Below are positions 48,678 through 61,605 of a DNA stretch of 64,000 nucleotides, one piece after another. Position 1 is the first letter of the stretch; every line of letters begins with the position of its first letter. The translations under genes were made by a program, and so were the position numbers. This DNA comes from Ginglymostoma cirratum. Its lineage: Eukaryota. The DNA lies in contig JAHRHZ010000016.1 of assembly GCA_024137785.1 (NCBI GenBank), positions 33,817,339 to 33,881,338 of the forward strand. Reading direction: 5' to 3'. The notes beneath the pieces are model-generated. The model did no database searches. It was not told where the DNA came from and worked only from the letters and a program-made list of their open reading frames with translations.

Positions 48678-50364
48678 GTAAGTTTCAGTTTAATTTTATC
48701 TTGCTTTTCAAGTTTGTGAAAGGGATAAAAAGTAGTTTTTGTGTTTCTTTTTGATTAAATTTCATTGCACTTTTGTTATTTGCTACTAGAAATAGTTTGA
48801 AGCAGTAACACTAAACTACTTAGGGCTTTTTCCCCAGTCATCTACTGTATCTTCAGAAACTACATAGATAGTAGGTTATGCTAGTTAATCAGAGGTCCTG
48901 CCACAAATGCAATTTAGTGATCAGGAGAACTCCTGGAAAACTCTGCACTGAGGTACTCATAGTGGACGTGTCATGTTTGATTTATTAAAATTCTAGAGTA
49001 CAAATGAAAGAAGAGCAGCAAGCTGTCCCAACATCCTCGCCAATATTTATCATTTAGTGAACACCACTAAAATCAAATAAACTAATCATGTTGGACTTGT
49101 TGTACAGAAATTAGCAGCTTGTTTTAAAAAAAAAACTAATCAAGTATTGTACTTAATTGATTACGAGACATATCGGACATCTTCATGATTTGAAGTGCAT
49201 TTTAAAGAAAACAAGCATTTATAATCAAATGAGTGGAAATGCAAACACAATTTTAGGGTGTATACGTGGGGAAGTTGACCATTAAGACTCCAGGTGTATG
49301 ATCAATTTGTACTTACATTTGGAGTACTATCTATAATTTGAATCACTCCTGCAGTGGAGATATCCTGGCAGTGTAGAAGAGAGCAGCTATACTAATGTCA
49401 GTACTTGGTGCCCTGAACTACAGAGAAACTGTAGAAAATGGCAATATTCATACTGTAGAAGTTCTGCATTTTTTGAGAATGTATTACATTTTTCATAGTT
49501 CTGACGGTTTATGATAAATTGTTTGACATTACACGCACTTTGGGCTATATTATACCCTCCTGCACTGACAGGTTAAAAGATGGGAAAGACTTGTAAAATT
49601 CAACAGGTGGCCTATCCACCATCCAAAACACTTGCGCTTGCCTCCATCCTAATCTTATGAGTGGCAGAGTTATCATTAGGCAGTGAGATGCTTAAGGTGG
49701 TAATTAATATTAATTTAGGAGATCCTTTCATTGACAGGACTTAACCAGCAGAAGAAGAGGCTTATGCCAAGCAAGCAGGAAATTGTAGAGAAACATGTAG
49801 GGAAACTAGCCCTAAATACTTACTAAGTTCTGATCCAGTGCTGAATGGCTGTGTACGATAACGGCGGTGATCATGTCTACTGCTAATGACTAGACAGCTG
49901 CAGACTTCTAGCTGGTAGCTGAAACAGAATTTCTTGTTCTTTAGGGGTGGAAGTATGGTCAACTGGTTGATTACTTAATGTGGAGCAGCTGTCCCAAGTG
50001 TCCGTGTATCTGTACTCTTCCCCACCCAAACTTCATAGTTAGGGTACAAAGGAGCAGTGTTTACAGTGCCTAGTAAAGTCAAGTCATGAGGGTTAGGTAC
50101 TCAAGAAGGGAATAGGTGTACAGACAGTTTAGATTTAACTACATTGTACAGAGGACAAGCATGTGTGACTAATTGCCCAAGAAAATCATGGAGGCAAATC
50201 CTTTGAATAGGCTAAACCTGGCTGGGTAGTTTGTGAAAGAAATGATTGAGAGATACCAGATTCGGAATTTTTGACCCGGGTCATCTGTTTCTATTGGTAT
50301 GTTTGTGATACTAAAGATTCTACACACAAAATATTGTACATGTTTGGAACTCACTTCCATAAAT

Positions 50365-50560
50365 GGAAGCAGGTGATGGATTATTTGTTAATTTCAAATC
50401 TGAGATAGATAAATTTTTATTAAGCAAAGGTATTATGCGATATGGGCCAAAGGCAGGTATCTTGAGTTAGGCCACAGATCAACCATGATCTCATTTAATG
50501 GTGGAATAGGCGCAAGAGATTGAATGGCCTACTCCTGTTCCTATGTTTCTATGTTTAATA
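50365..50560 (+). mobile_element. CR1 3' end
   Basis: GAATGGCCTACTCCTGTTCCTATGTTTCTATGTT tail. Confidence 0.7.
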
Positions 50561-50857
50561 TAACAGCCCAAGGAAATGGGAGGTCACATTAAAAAGCAAC
50601 ATTTCTTTACACCTCCAGGTCAAATTTTGTAAAACATGAGAAGTGTGGGTTAAAAGATAATATTCATGTTGCTCACCCAGAAAGAAGAGTATGACTACTG
50701 GCAAATGGAACTCTACTTTTCATTTCATTTCACCTATCCATGTCCACATTGTGGTTCCAGGTTTATTTAGACATTAATACGGAAGAAATAAATAAAGTGT
50801 GGTCCCTTCTCTCCCAGCTGAAATCCTTCTGAATTAATATTTGCTTTTATTCCTCAG

Positions 50858-51016
50858 GTACAGCAAGTGTTGCTCGAGCTTGGAGTTCTACATTTGACAA
50901 TCTCATTGGTCGGAAAATTTCAATTTTTTTTGAAAGCCACTTGAATATGAATTGCCCTGGTGTGCTTGCAACGTATCCAGACATATTTGCAGTCATCTTA
51001 ATCTTGCTTCTTACAG
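50858..51016 (+). CDS. SLC7A3: SLC7A3 coding exon 2 ([18 protein letters not shown]...[14 protein letters not shown])
   Basis: CCTCAG| ... G|GTCAGC, 159 nt, phase-compatible; not in the ORF track. Confidence 0.93.
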
Positions 51017-51324
51017 GTCAGCAAAAAACATAAATACTAGTTATGAAAATTAACTGAACAATCAGTGGAGCATGAGTTTTAAGATCATTTTGCCCATGTT
51101 AAGGGCATAAAATGAAAGTTAAATCAACAGTTTAGCAGTGCAATGGCCCATGTCCAAACCACAAAACTGTTTGGGGCACTTGTAAATTGGTCTGATCCTC
51201 TTTTAGGCAGCAGCTTAGACCTCATTTCAACCTTGAAATAACATTTATGCTAATTTCAGGTGCAGACTTTAGAAGTTCATACTTGTCTGAGCTGACTGTT
51301 CGCTTTGGTTTGATCTTACAAGTG

Positions 51325-51650
51325 GGTGGCACTGGCTAGGCCCAGCATTTATCAGTTATCCCAGAGGGAAGTTAAGAGTCAGCCACATTGTCGATCATTG
51401 TGAGTCTGGGGTCACACATAAGGCAAACTTCCTTACCTATGCATTAGTATTGTTCTATAAGTAGCATGACCTGTACTGTAAACTGTACTTCAGATGTGAT
51501 CTCATCAATGCCCCTATAACTGAAGCATAATCTCCTAATTACTTGCTGTTCCTGCATACTAAATTTATGCAGTAGGAAACACAGATCTCTCTGTATCCCA
51601 AAGCTCTGTAACCTTTCACCATTTAGATAATAATGGCAAGAGGCTGCCTC
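51325..51650 (-). mobile_element. SacSINE1-like 3' fragment plus adjacent CR1 fragment
   Basis: AAGAGTCAGCCACATTG block; peptide YYLNGERLQS..QRDL. Confidence 0.6.
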
Positions 51651-51919
51651 TGAAACGCTGAGGAAAGGAAGGAAAAATAAATAAAAACCAGTGACTCTGG
51701 GAATTTTTTTTCTCTGACTCCATAAGGCAACCAAGCAAACTCCCAAATAGTGATCACTTGATGTATCATTAGAAGTTGGTAGGACAGCATATGCAGATTA
51801 TCTGTCTTCATCCATCATAAATTTGTCAAGCCCATCTAAAAAATTATAAGTAGCAAAATTAAAAATGCAATTCACTTATAAGATCCCTCTGTTTAATTGA
51901 TTTGTGCTTATCTTTATAG

Positions 51920-52082
51920 GTCTTTTGGCATTTGGAGTGAGTGAGTCAGCACTAGTAAACAAAATCTTTACTGCCATAAACCTAATGGTCCTGTGCTTCG
52001 TTATTATAACGGGCTTTGTGAAAGGTGACATCAAAAACTGGCAGCTAACGGAATCTGACTACAATGAGACCTATATCAACAG
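51920..52082 (+). CDS. SLC7A3: SLC7A3 coding exon 3 ([18 protein letters not shown]...DYNETYIN)
   Basis: TTATAG| ... AG|GTTTGT, 163 nt; N-glycosylation sequon NET in the extracellular loop. Confidence 0.92.
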
Positions 52083-53098
52083 GTTTGTACATAGTTCTTT
52101 ACTCCTTTCAAATTGTCTTGGAGTTTTTCATTTTGCATCATCAATGGGTTTTTTTCCCTCCAACCTTGTTTCCCATCATTCGAAAGTGCTAGTTCATTTT
52201 GGAGGATGGTAAACTTGAGAAGCTGTTAATAATGTGATTCACATTTTCCAGTTGATGCTTTTCTAACTCTGGCATTAACCTTTTTAGTCAAAATGGATGA
52301 AAGCCAGTGTTAAAATAAAACCAAATTGGATATTCAGTCATGTGATGTCATGAGAGCTGAGTAGATCATGCCCCCGACTAGCGTCAATTCATGCGCTATT
52401 TCCAGCAGGAGTTACTGTACAGGAATCAGAACTTTCCCCTCTTCCTTTTCACATGTACTGAGGGTTGCTAAATCTGCCAATACCAGATATGCAATTGGTG
52501 TGTGTAGGTGTGAAAGGACTAAACTTAAAACAGAATACGTGTATTAAGGTGTAGGATATGAGCACTTGGGTTGGTGCTCTTTAACTGAAGTAAAACTCTA
52601 TCAGAAGTATCCAATACATATTTCAGAAAAACATTATGGATTGGATTAGATCTCACCTGAGTTGGAGTTTGGAGATGATCATGAGTTATGTAAAGAGATA
52701 GGCTTTGGGAAATACTTAGCCTTTTGGCTCTCAGATATTATTTTAAAAGTGTTTGACTTATGCACCTGGCCCTGTTTCATTCATTTTCCCTGCCAGTAAC
52801 CCAACCCCAACGATCCTTGGCCAGCGCTAGTTTACAAATAAATATATTAGTGTGTGGCATGTCGACTCTTTAAATAATTTTGGTGATTAGCATTTTTCCT
52901 AAAAATGGAATGGTTGAGTGCTTCTGTTAAGTTTTGGAAGTGGACGGATTTGGAATTTTTAACATTTTGATCTTGGGGGTTTAAATTATTTCCATTGTTT
53001 GAAGAGATGACTTTACATCTCTGAATTTTCTATTTATTTGGCTGCAACAGTACTTGTTAACTGATCATTTATGTGGATTGTGTTTGTTTCTGTCTCAG

Positions 53099-53223
53099 TA
53101 CTGAATCAAAAGCAGGAATGTTTGGTTCTGGTGGATTCACTCCTTTTGGATTTTTTGGAGTTCTAACAGGAGCTGCAACTTGCTTCTATGCCTTTGTAGG
53201 GTTTGATTGTATTGCAACTACAG
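53099..53223 (+). CDS. SLC7A3: SLC7A3 coding exon 4 ([31 protein letters not shown])
   Basis: TCTCAG| ... G|GTGAGA, 125 nt; CAT signature [14 protein letters not shown]. Confidence 0.95.
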
Positions 53224-53599
53224 GTGAGAACACCGCCTTCTTGAAACAAAATTTTAATTTTCTGCTTTATTTTGAAGGTGCTTTTTCATCTTTATTGTTC
53301 TAATGGAGTAGGTCAGCCTCAGTCAAGCACCGTTTATTTTTCCTTTACATTATGGGAATAGATAAAAGTGAAAAGGCTGGAGAACATTCTGGTTGATCAC
53401 CTCGAACTTGTGCAGTTTTAGTCTTGATGCACTCCTACAGTGATTAAAGGGAGTCCCAGCATATTGACCTAATGGTAATGGAAGAACAATGGCTTGTATC
53501 CCAAGGCCAGATAGTGTGTGCTGTTATGAGAAATTTTAAGGTGGTAATGTTTTTGGAACATTGTCAATTTTGTCTGCCTTGGAAGTAGAGGTTACAGGG

Positions 53600-53820
53600 G
53601 ATAGAGGTTCTTTACACAGAGCGTGGTGGGCGTGTGGAATGCGCTGCTGGCAGTGGTAGTGGAGTCAGATAATTTAGAGACTTTTAAGCGACCCTTGGAT
53701 AGGCACATAGAGGATAGTAAAATGTAGGGTGTGCAGGGTAGATTGATCTAAGTAGGATAATAGGTCGGCATAACATCGTGGGCCAAAGGGCCTGTACTGT
53801 GCTGTACTGTTCTATGTTCT
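53600..53820 (+). mobile_element. CR1 3' end
   Basis: FFTQSVVGVWNAL; GGGCCAAAGGGCCTGTACTGTGCTGTACTGTTCTATGTTCTA. Confidence 0.8.
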
Positions 53821-54669
53821 AAAGGAGCAACTTCAACCACATGTGACCTACATTAGGTTCACTGTTCTTGACTAGTTGTGTAAAGGCTGCAGACATTATT
53901 CCGATCTGTTAACTATTATAGCACATAGTTTATTTTGGTGTTTAGCATGTAGGTGCCTCTGTGTTGCAATTTTTGATACATTTGCATCATTCTTTAGTGT
54001 CTAGTGCCACTCCAGTATGCCGATCAGTCCTCTGCTTTAAGCCAGGATTTATTTGCTGATCTCATAGTGATCAAACTGTATGGCGTATGCAAGGTTGTGA
54101 AATAACAGATTTTTGCTGTATACAATTCTGTTACTGCTAGCCCACAGTGCCGTACCAAAGCCCAGTTTTGGGCTACTAAATCGGTCATTAGTCTTCTACA
54201 CATCTCACAGTGATAGTATCACCATGCACAAAGGAGGGAGTCCTCACAGTGAAAATGAGAGTTTTTTTAGAACGGTGCAATGATCATTTAAATCTGTACT
54301 TTCTCGAATAAGTATGATATCAACTAACTCAGCTCAGATTAGACATTGAACGTGGGACCTAGTTAATCTACATGATGAATTAAGCCTTGAGCTAAAATTG
54401 CACTATGCCTCATAATATCTTATATAACATTCATTTTTTAAAACATTTCTCTATTGTCATTTTCTCACTGCCATATTTTATTATAAATTTGTTTGATTTG
54501 TTCTGTTCATAGAATGTGTACAATTGAGAGTAGATCAGGGAACATTACTTCGATAGAAAATGGTAGAAAGGTAATGGCAAGCATCTGAAGAGTGCAGGAG
54601 TGAATTGTTCATTCCTGTCTGGTGCATAACAGGAAATGTGACCACACCATGACTTCAAGAGAAATTAGA

Positions 54670-56620
54670 GATAGTGTTAGATCCAAGGAAGACGCATTCA
54701 AATTGGTCAGAAGAAAACAAAAAGATCTAAGGAGTGGGAGTAGTTTAGAATTTAACAAAGGACAAAGGTTTGATTAAGAAAGGGAAAATAGAATACAAGA
54801 GTTAGCATGCAGGGAACATAAAAACAGATTGTAAAAGTTTCTATGGCTATGTGAAAAGAAAAAGATTGTTGAAGACAAATGTAGGTCCCTTACAGTCAGA
54901 AATGGGAATCTATAATGTGAAGCAAAGAAATGGTTAATCGATTAAATACACATTCTGTACTCACAAAGGAGGACACAAATAACATACCAGAAATGTTGGG
55001 GAACAGAGTTTCGTGAAAGGAACTGAAGGAATTCAGTATCAGTGCTGATAAAATAGACGGGATCGAAGGCTGATAAATCTCCAGGGCCTGATGACCTATA
55101 TCCCAGAGTACTAAAAGAAGTGACGCTGGAAATAGTGGATGCATTGATGGTCATCCTCCAAGATTGTATACACTCTGGAATAATTCCTACAGATTGGAGG
55201 GTAGCTAATGTAGCTCCTATTTTTAAAAAGGGAAATAAAGAGAAAAATGGGAATTTTAGACCATTCGGTCTGACAACAGTAGTGGGGAAAATGATAGAGT
55301 CCGTTATGAAAGATTTAATAGCAGAGCCTTTGGAAAGCAGTAGCAGGATTGAATAGTCAGCAACAATTTATGAAAAGGAAATCATACTTGACAAATTTGC
55401 TGGAATTCTTGGAGAATGTAACTAGTGGAGTTGAGGGAGAGCCCCTGGATGCAGTTTATTTGGATTTCGGAAGGCTTTTGACACAAACCCAATAAGAGAT
55501 TAGCATGTAAAATTAAAGCTATGTGATTGGGGATAGTGTATGAAATGGATGGAAAACTGGTTGGTAGACCGGAATCAGAGTAGGAATAAATGGATATTTT
55601 TCCAAATGGCAGGCACTGACTAGTGGAGTACTGTAGGGATCAGTGCTAGGACCCCAGCTATTCGCTATGTATCAATAATTTAGATGAGGGAACTAAATGT
55701 AATATCTTCAAATTTGCACATGATACAAGACTGTAGTTTTACAGACGACACAAGGTGGGAGGGTGAGCTGTAAAGAGGATGCAAAGATGTTTCAGTATGA
55801 TTTGGACAAGCTGAGTGAGTGGGCAAATGCATGGCAGTATAACTTGGATAAATGTGAGGTTATCGACTTGGAGAGCAGAAAAAGGAAGGTGGATTATTAT
55901 CTCAATGGCCATAAATTGAGAGAGGGCAATGTACAATGAAACCTGGGTGTCATTATATACCAGTTAATCAAGCTAAGCGTGGAGGTGTAGCAGACAGTCA
56001 AGGAACAACTGGTATATTGTCCTCCATAGCGAAAGGATTTGAATATAGTAGCAGGGAAATCTGGCTGCAATTAAACAGAACCTTGGGGCCACCACACCTG
56101 GAATATTGTGTGGAGTTTTGGTATCCTTATCAGAGGAAGAATATTGTTGCTATAGAGGGAGTGCGGCAAAGGTTTACCAGACTGATTTCTGAGATGGCAA
56201 GACTGATATGAGGAGAGCTTCTATCAGTTAGGATTATATTTGTGGCGTTCAGAAGAATGAAGGGAATTCTCACAGAAACCTGCAAAATTCTAACATTACT
56301 AAACAGGCTAGACGCAGGAAAGATGTTCCCAACATCAGGGGAATCCAGAACCAGGGGTTGCAATCTAAGAATAAACTATTTAGGACTGAGATAAGAAATT
56401 TCTTCTCCCAGAGAATGAGGAACCTGTGGAATTCAATCAAGGCCAAAATATTGTATCATTTCAAGGAGTTGAAATTAGCACTTTAAGCTAAAGGGATGAA
56501 AGGATATGAGGAGAAAGCAGGAACAGGCTACCAGGTTGGATCATTAGCTGCAATCATATGAATGGCAGAACAGGCTTGAAATTCTAATGGGTGTCCTGTT
56601 GCCCATATTTTCTAAGTTTC
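54670..56620 (+). mobile_element. CR1 LINE ORF2 remnant (~2 kb) in an SLC7A3 intron
   Basis: KSPGPDDLYPRVLKE, DWRVANVAPIFKKG, HLEYCVEFWYP; many stops and frameshifts. Confidence 0.9.
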
Positions 56621-56793
56621 TCTGTATCTGAAAGAACAAAAGGTAATATCTCTGAACAGAACCTAAAAGATTGATCTGTCTTTTCAGATGTTGGCAGTCT
56701 ATGTATTTTCATCACTTCTTGTTTTTTAGTTTCTGATTTACTGCATTTTTGTCTGTTATTTAATATTTCTTTTTGGTTTTCTGTTGGTTTCAG

Positions 56794-57016
56794 GAGAGGA
56801 AGCAAAAAATCCTCAGAAGTCCATTCCTATTGGGATTGTGGTTTCCCTGCTGATCTGTTTTGTGGCCTACTTTGGTGTATCTGCTGCTCTCACACTTATG
56901 ATGCCTTACTACGTACTGAACAAGAAAAGCCCACTACCCGAGGCTTTTAAATATGTTGGCTGGGAACCTGCTCACTACATTGTGGCTTTTGGCTCTCTCT
57001 GTGCTCTCTCTACCAG
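56794..57016 (+). CDS. SLC7A3: SLC7A3 coding exon 5 ([16 protein letters not shown]...GSLCALSTS)
   Basis: TTTCAG| ... AG|GTATTT, 223 nt. Confidence 0.95.
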
Positions 57017-57741
57017 GTATTTTGAGTTTTGGTTCAAAAGAATTTTTCTTTTCTTCGGGAAAAAAAAATTTAACTAAGTCTCTGATGAAAACTCTTTAAT
57101 AAAGAGTTGAACTGTACAGACCATAAAGGTCAAATAATCAAACTTTTTTAAGCTGACAATATTCAGCTATATTGTAGGACGCAAACAACTACTCGGGACT
57201 AAGACTGTGAAGAAATCTGGCAGAGTTTCACTTCCTGATTTCATGTGTACATCTCTCATGTGAATACGTCGGTATTGTACAAATAGGTTTGAGTTAGACT
57301 GATGTCCCCTTTTTGAGTTGTGTTCACCATTACTTGTTGAGTAAGTTTGTATGTGAATGATGTTCATTTGGATCGTTATTTGAAAACTGTCAGCATCTCT
57401 TTGTACTCCAGTAAATCATCAGCACCTTTGCAGGGGATGGAAAAAGTGTTACAAAACTAAACAATACAACAGGAAAATTTTACAAACAAGAACTGCTAAG
57501 GAACCATGAACAATATATTGGTGTTTTTCAAATGATAATGAAAGCACTGATTTCAGTCAGAATATCTAGTGTTAGTAATGCAGTTAGTAGATGTGGAACT
57601 TAGCAAAAGATGCATAAAGTCATGCTGAAGCCAGCGAGATTCATAACTCACTCTACACAAAAAACGCTTGAGGGACCAGAAAGAGAAATCAAGCTAGCTC
57701 CTGGTGGTTCCTAACCAATTGTCCTTTTCCCTTGTATCCAG

Positions 57742-57881
57742 CCTGCTGGGCTCCATGTTCCCTATGCCTCGTGTCATATATGCAATGGCTGAAGATGGAT
57801 TGCTTTTCCGGTTCCTGGGGAACACGCACAAGAAAACCAAGACCCCAGTGCATGCGACCATCGTATCTGGCATTGTTGCTG
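57742..57881 (+). CDS. SLC7A3: SLC7A3 coding exon 6 ([46 protein letters not shown])
   Basis: ATCCAG| ... G|GTGAGT, 140 nt. Confidence 0.95.
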
Positions 57882-57989
57882 GTGAGTACCATTTGTGACC
57901 AGGTTGCAAGTCTTTATTTTATTGAGATCTGCTGCTGGTCTGACAATTTGCCTCTTTTTGAATTCAGAGTATTAGAAACTTTCAGCTTG

Positions 57990-58395
57990 AAGGTCATTTA
58001 CTCATCATCCTGAGCCAGCCCAAAAGAGCTATCCGACAAATCTGTCCTTCCAGCTCTTGGTCCATACCTTTGTAAAATAATGGCTCTTGAAGTGCATATC
58101 CAACTACTTTTTAAATGTGATGATTGTTTCTATTTCTATCTCTTCTTGGTAGTGAATTCCAGGTCTTAAACATCCCAGAAGTGATTTTTAAAAAACTCTC
58201 CTCCAGTGCTTCTAACAATCAATGTGATTTTTCACCTCTTTGCTAAGGGGAATATGTCCTTCCTATTTACTCTGTCCAAGCCCCTCATAAGTTTATCAAA
58301 CCAAATTAAATCTTTTCACAGTTCCTCTTTTTCAAAAAAAACAGCCCCACCTTGTCCTCATAGCTGAAGTATGTAGGCCTGGCAAAAATCTCATA
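57990..58395 (-). mobile_element. Old CR1 3' fragment
   Basis: Reverse complement resembles the other CR1 3' ends (..AAGCCCCTCATAA.., ..CTCATAGCTGAA..). Confidence 0.55.
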
Positions 58396-58412
58396 AGGTT
58401 TGCTGTAGTTTA

Positions 58413-58577
58413 AGGGAGGCGACAACCTAGCGCTAGTATCACTGGATTATTAATGCTCAAATAATGTTCTGAGGACCTGGATTTGAATCCTACCACAGCA
58501 GATGATGGAATTTGAATTCAATAAAAATCTGGAAATAAGAATCTAATGATGACCATAAATCTGTTGTCGATTGTCAG
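58413..58577 (+). mobile_element. SacSINE1-like SINE 5' half
   Basis: GGGAGGCGACAACCTAGCGCTAGTATCACTGGATT...TTTGAATTCAATAAAAATCTGG. Confidence 0.75.
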
Positions 58578-58579
58578 GT

Positions 58580-59410
58580 AGTTATTGAGGAAGCAGGGAA
58601 GCTGCAGAAGGACTTGGACAGGTTAGGAAAGTGGACAAAGAAGTGGTGGGAAAATGTGAGGTTGTTTACTTTGATAGGAAGAATAGAGGCATGAACTATT
58701 TTCCAAACAGCGAAAGGCTTTGGAAATCTAAAGCACAAAGGGACTTAGGAGTCCAAGTTCAGGATTCTCTTGACGTTAACATGCAGGTTCAATTGGCAGT
58801 TGGGAAGGCAAATGCAATGTTAGCATTCATTTTAAGACGGCTAAAATACAAGAGCAGAGATGTACCGCTGAGGCTGTATCTGGCTCTGGTCAGAACACAT
58901 TTGGAATATTGCAAGCAATTTTGGGTCCTGGGATGGATATGCTGGCCTAGGAGGGCATCCACAGGAGGTTTATCAGAATGATTGCAGGGATGAAAGACTT
59001 GTTATATGAAGAGCATTTGAGGACTCTGGGTCTGTACTCGATGGAGTTTAGAAGGATGAGGAGGGATGTTTGAAATTTACAGAATCCTGAGAAGCCTGGA
59101 TAGAGTGGACGTGGAGAACGTGTTTCCACTAGTAGGAGAGACTAGGACTCGAGGACACAGCCTCTGATGACCCTTTAGAAGTGAGATGAGGAGGAATCTC
59201 TGCAGCCAGAGGGTAGTTCATCTGAAGAACTCATTGCCACAGAAGGCTGTGGAGGCCAAGTCATTAACTGTAAGTAGGACAGAGATAGATAGGTTCTTGA
59301 TTGGTAAATAGATCAAGTGTTACTGGGAGAAGGCAGGAGATTGGGGTTACAAAACATAACAAACCTGACTGAATGGATGGGCTAAATAGCTTAATTCTGC
59401 TCCTATATCT
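58580..59410 (+). mobile_element. CR1 3' fragment
   Basis: KCEVVYFDRKN..QRDLGV..LYLALVRTHLEYC peptide. Confidence 0.88.
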
Positions 59411-59941
59411 TGTCTAAGGCTGCTCTATCGCCCTCTACAGCATTCACATTTTCTGTAACGTCTGAACAAAACTTGCACAGTATTCTAGCTGTAACATTAT
59501 TAGACTTTTATCATTTTAGCATCCTCAGTAGTGGAAGTTATCCCATATGTCGTATTTGCCTTACCTACCTGTCTGCTATCTTCAAGGATTTATGAATAGG
59601 CAGTGTAAGGGCCCCCTACTTCTTGCAGTACATATTTTTACTCTTACACAAATCACTGTCACGAAGAGGTGAGGGTACTGAAGAAGAAACGCTTCTAATG
59701 AATCTAACCCCTCTGGAGCAAAGGGAGAAATGAACTGAGTTGGACATTTCATTTTGTCCCAAAGAGATTTTGAAAACGCTCTTTGGTTTCAAATGAAGGA
59801 GGAAAAGAGTGACATAAATAAACTGAACTGCAAAACTGGTTTTCCTGTGGACTGACCTCAAGTTTCAGGAATATAATAGAAAGTTGAATTGATGTGTGGA
59901 GTGCTTTGTTTGTATTCACATATTTTTTTTTTTTGGTTCAG

Positions 59942-60044
59942 CTATCATGGCACTACTGTTTGACCTGGATGTTCTGGTTGACCTCATGTCTATTGGTACA
60001 CTACTTGCCTATACCCTGGTGGCAGCTTGTGTTCTCATCCTCCG
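59942..60044 (+). CDS. SLC7A3: SLC7A3 coding exon 7 ([35 protein letters not shown])
   Basis: Poly-T tract GGTTCAG| ... CG|GTGAGT, 103 nt. Confidence 0.95.
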
Positions 60045-60414
60045 GTGAGTGAAGTTTCTCGATGTCACTATGATTATTATTGTAGTATTTCAGCCAAGGT
60101 CACAGACTAGTGACTTATTGCCGTAGCAGTGCTAAAGCTGTGGGCTGATGTACAGTGAATTCAGGGCCCAGTTAGAACAGCCTTGTTGGTGGGATGAAAT
60201 TGTTCCTTTCCTGCTCCACCCATTCTTTGTAAAGTCAGTGTACTGATGTACCACAATGCTAAATGATGTCCTTGATTTGATTTCTTTCCCACCCAGTAGT
60301 TTTACATTGCATAAAGATCTGGATTGATTTATCATACCATCTCTGCCTTCCGTGTTCCTGACCTGAGTTCAACACATTGCGCAAAACTTTAATCTTACCT
60401 TATTCTGTCTGCAG

Positions 60415-60620
60415 GTACCAGCCTTCTCCAAAAAAATGTGATTTGTATGAAATGACTGAATTTGGGGAAAAGAAGAGCAGCCTGGCAAACCAAATGAACA
60501 GTGAGGATTATCAGGCTGAAGAAAATACCTCAGTGAGCATAAAACTGCTGTTCAAACCAGAACGACGTACCCCAACTAAATGTTCGGGATTAATTATTTA
60601 TATCGGTGTTGGAATCCTCT
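60415..60620 (+). CDS. SLC7A3: SLC7A3 coding exon 8 (YQPSPKKCDLYEM...GLIIYIGVGIL)
   Basis: CTGCAG| ... T|GTAAGT, 206 nt, phase-compatible. Confidence 0.92.
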
Positions 60621-60894
60621 GTAAGTATCTTGGATCTAATATATTATGAAACAACTGCTGTGGTGTGTGCAAAAGACGCTAGACTCTGTTAATGCTTATC
60701 TTGTCAGTGGTGAAGGTTGTACTTTTTTTAATATGATAACTGCCAGAGAAATTAAATTAATTCCTTCCTTGATAAACATGACTTGTCCTACTTCAAATTA
60801 TTAACTGCTCAGATGTTTTTTGAGTGATACCCATAATAAGGAAACAACTAATCAGAAATTTAAGTGAAATACACTAAGGAAACAGTTGCGGAGT

Positions 60895-61070
60895 AAAGGG
60901 GCGGATTTTGTTTTTACAAAGTCGCCAATCACCTCCTGACGTAGTTGTGTTGTACAAAGATATTGCAATGTCCTGATTGGCAGGTGTTCTACTATATTTA
61001 CCGTTAAGGTACCCTCATAATGGCTGTGCACATATAGGAATTGATACTTATGAGCCAAAAGGGGGCGGTT
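60895..61070. promoter_or_regulatory. Intronic GC-box / CCAAT / CRE-like motif cluster
   Basis: GGGGCGG 60898 and 61062, GCCAATCA 60924, TGATTGGC 60974, TGACGTA 60937. Confidence 0.4.
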
Positions 61071-61438
61071 GTACAGTAGCTTTTGGGGCCTAATGAAAAC
61101 CGGGTTATGATTGCACTATTTCAGGCTGGGCTTTTACAGCTGCCACAGTCTTGTACTGCTTATGGTTTGAAGTTTGAGTCTGAAACCATGCGATCAGGTA
61201 GAATGTAAGTAAGCTATACCTAGTGCAGAGGAAGAGAACCTTTGTATAGCAAGAGTAGAAATTGGAGCTTAATTGAGGAAGCATATCTCTGTGTCTCAGT
61301 AGTGCCTTACAAGAAAATAGGGGACTTTAATCTGTTTAGCTTGATCTAATTACAAAACAATGCCTGTTGCTGTTTTTCTTTTAATCAAATACAGTTCATC
61401 TTAATTTCAGTTAATTATTTTTTTCAATTCTATTCTAG

Positions 61439-61605
61439 CAATTGTTTTGACTTGTATTTGCATTGTACTGGCGAAATGTCTCGAGGCGTTATTCAATGGG
61501 CATGTCATTTGGATGACGGTACTTGTGATGCTGTGCATCGTTACTGCTATTATTACTTTCATTATATGGAAACAACCACAGAATGAAACGCCACTTAGTT
61601 TTAAG
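61439..61605 (+). CDS. SLC7A3: SLC7A3 coding exon 9 (SIVLTCICIVL...IIWKQPQNETPLSFK)
   Basis: TTCTAG| ... AAG|GTAAAT, 167 nt; WKQP..LSFK motif. Confidence 0.93.

Noticed and set aside
41849-57091. Additional CARE-like 9-mers (41849, 43339, 52132, 53981, 57083)
   Set aside because: Several degenerate TGATGHAAH matches are expected by chance in 64 kb of AT-rich DNA, and these lack supporting context.
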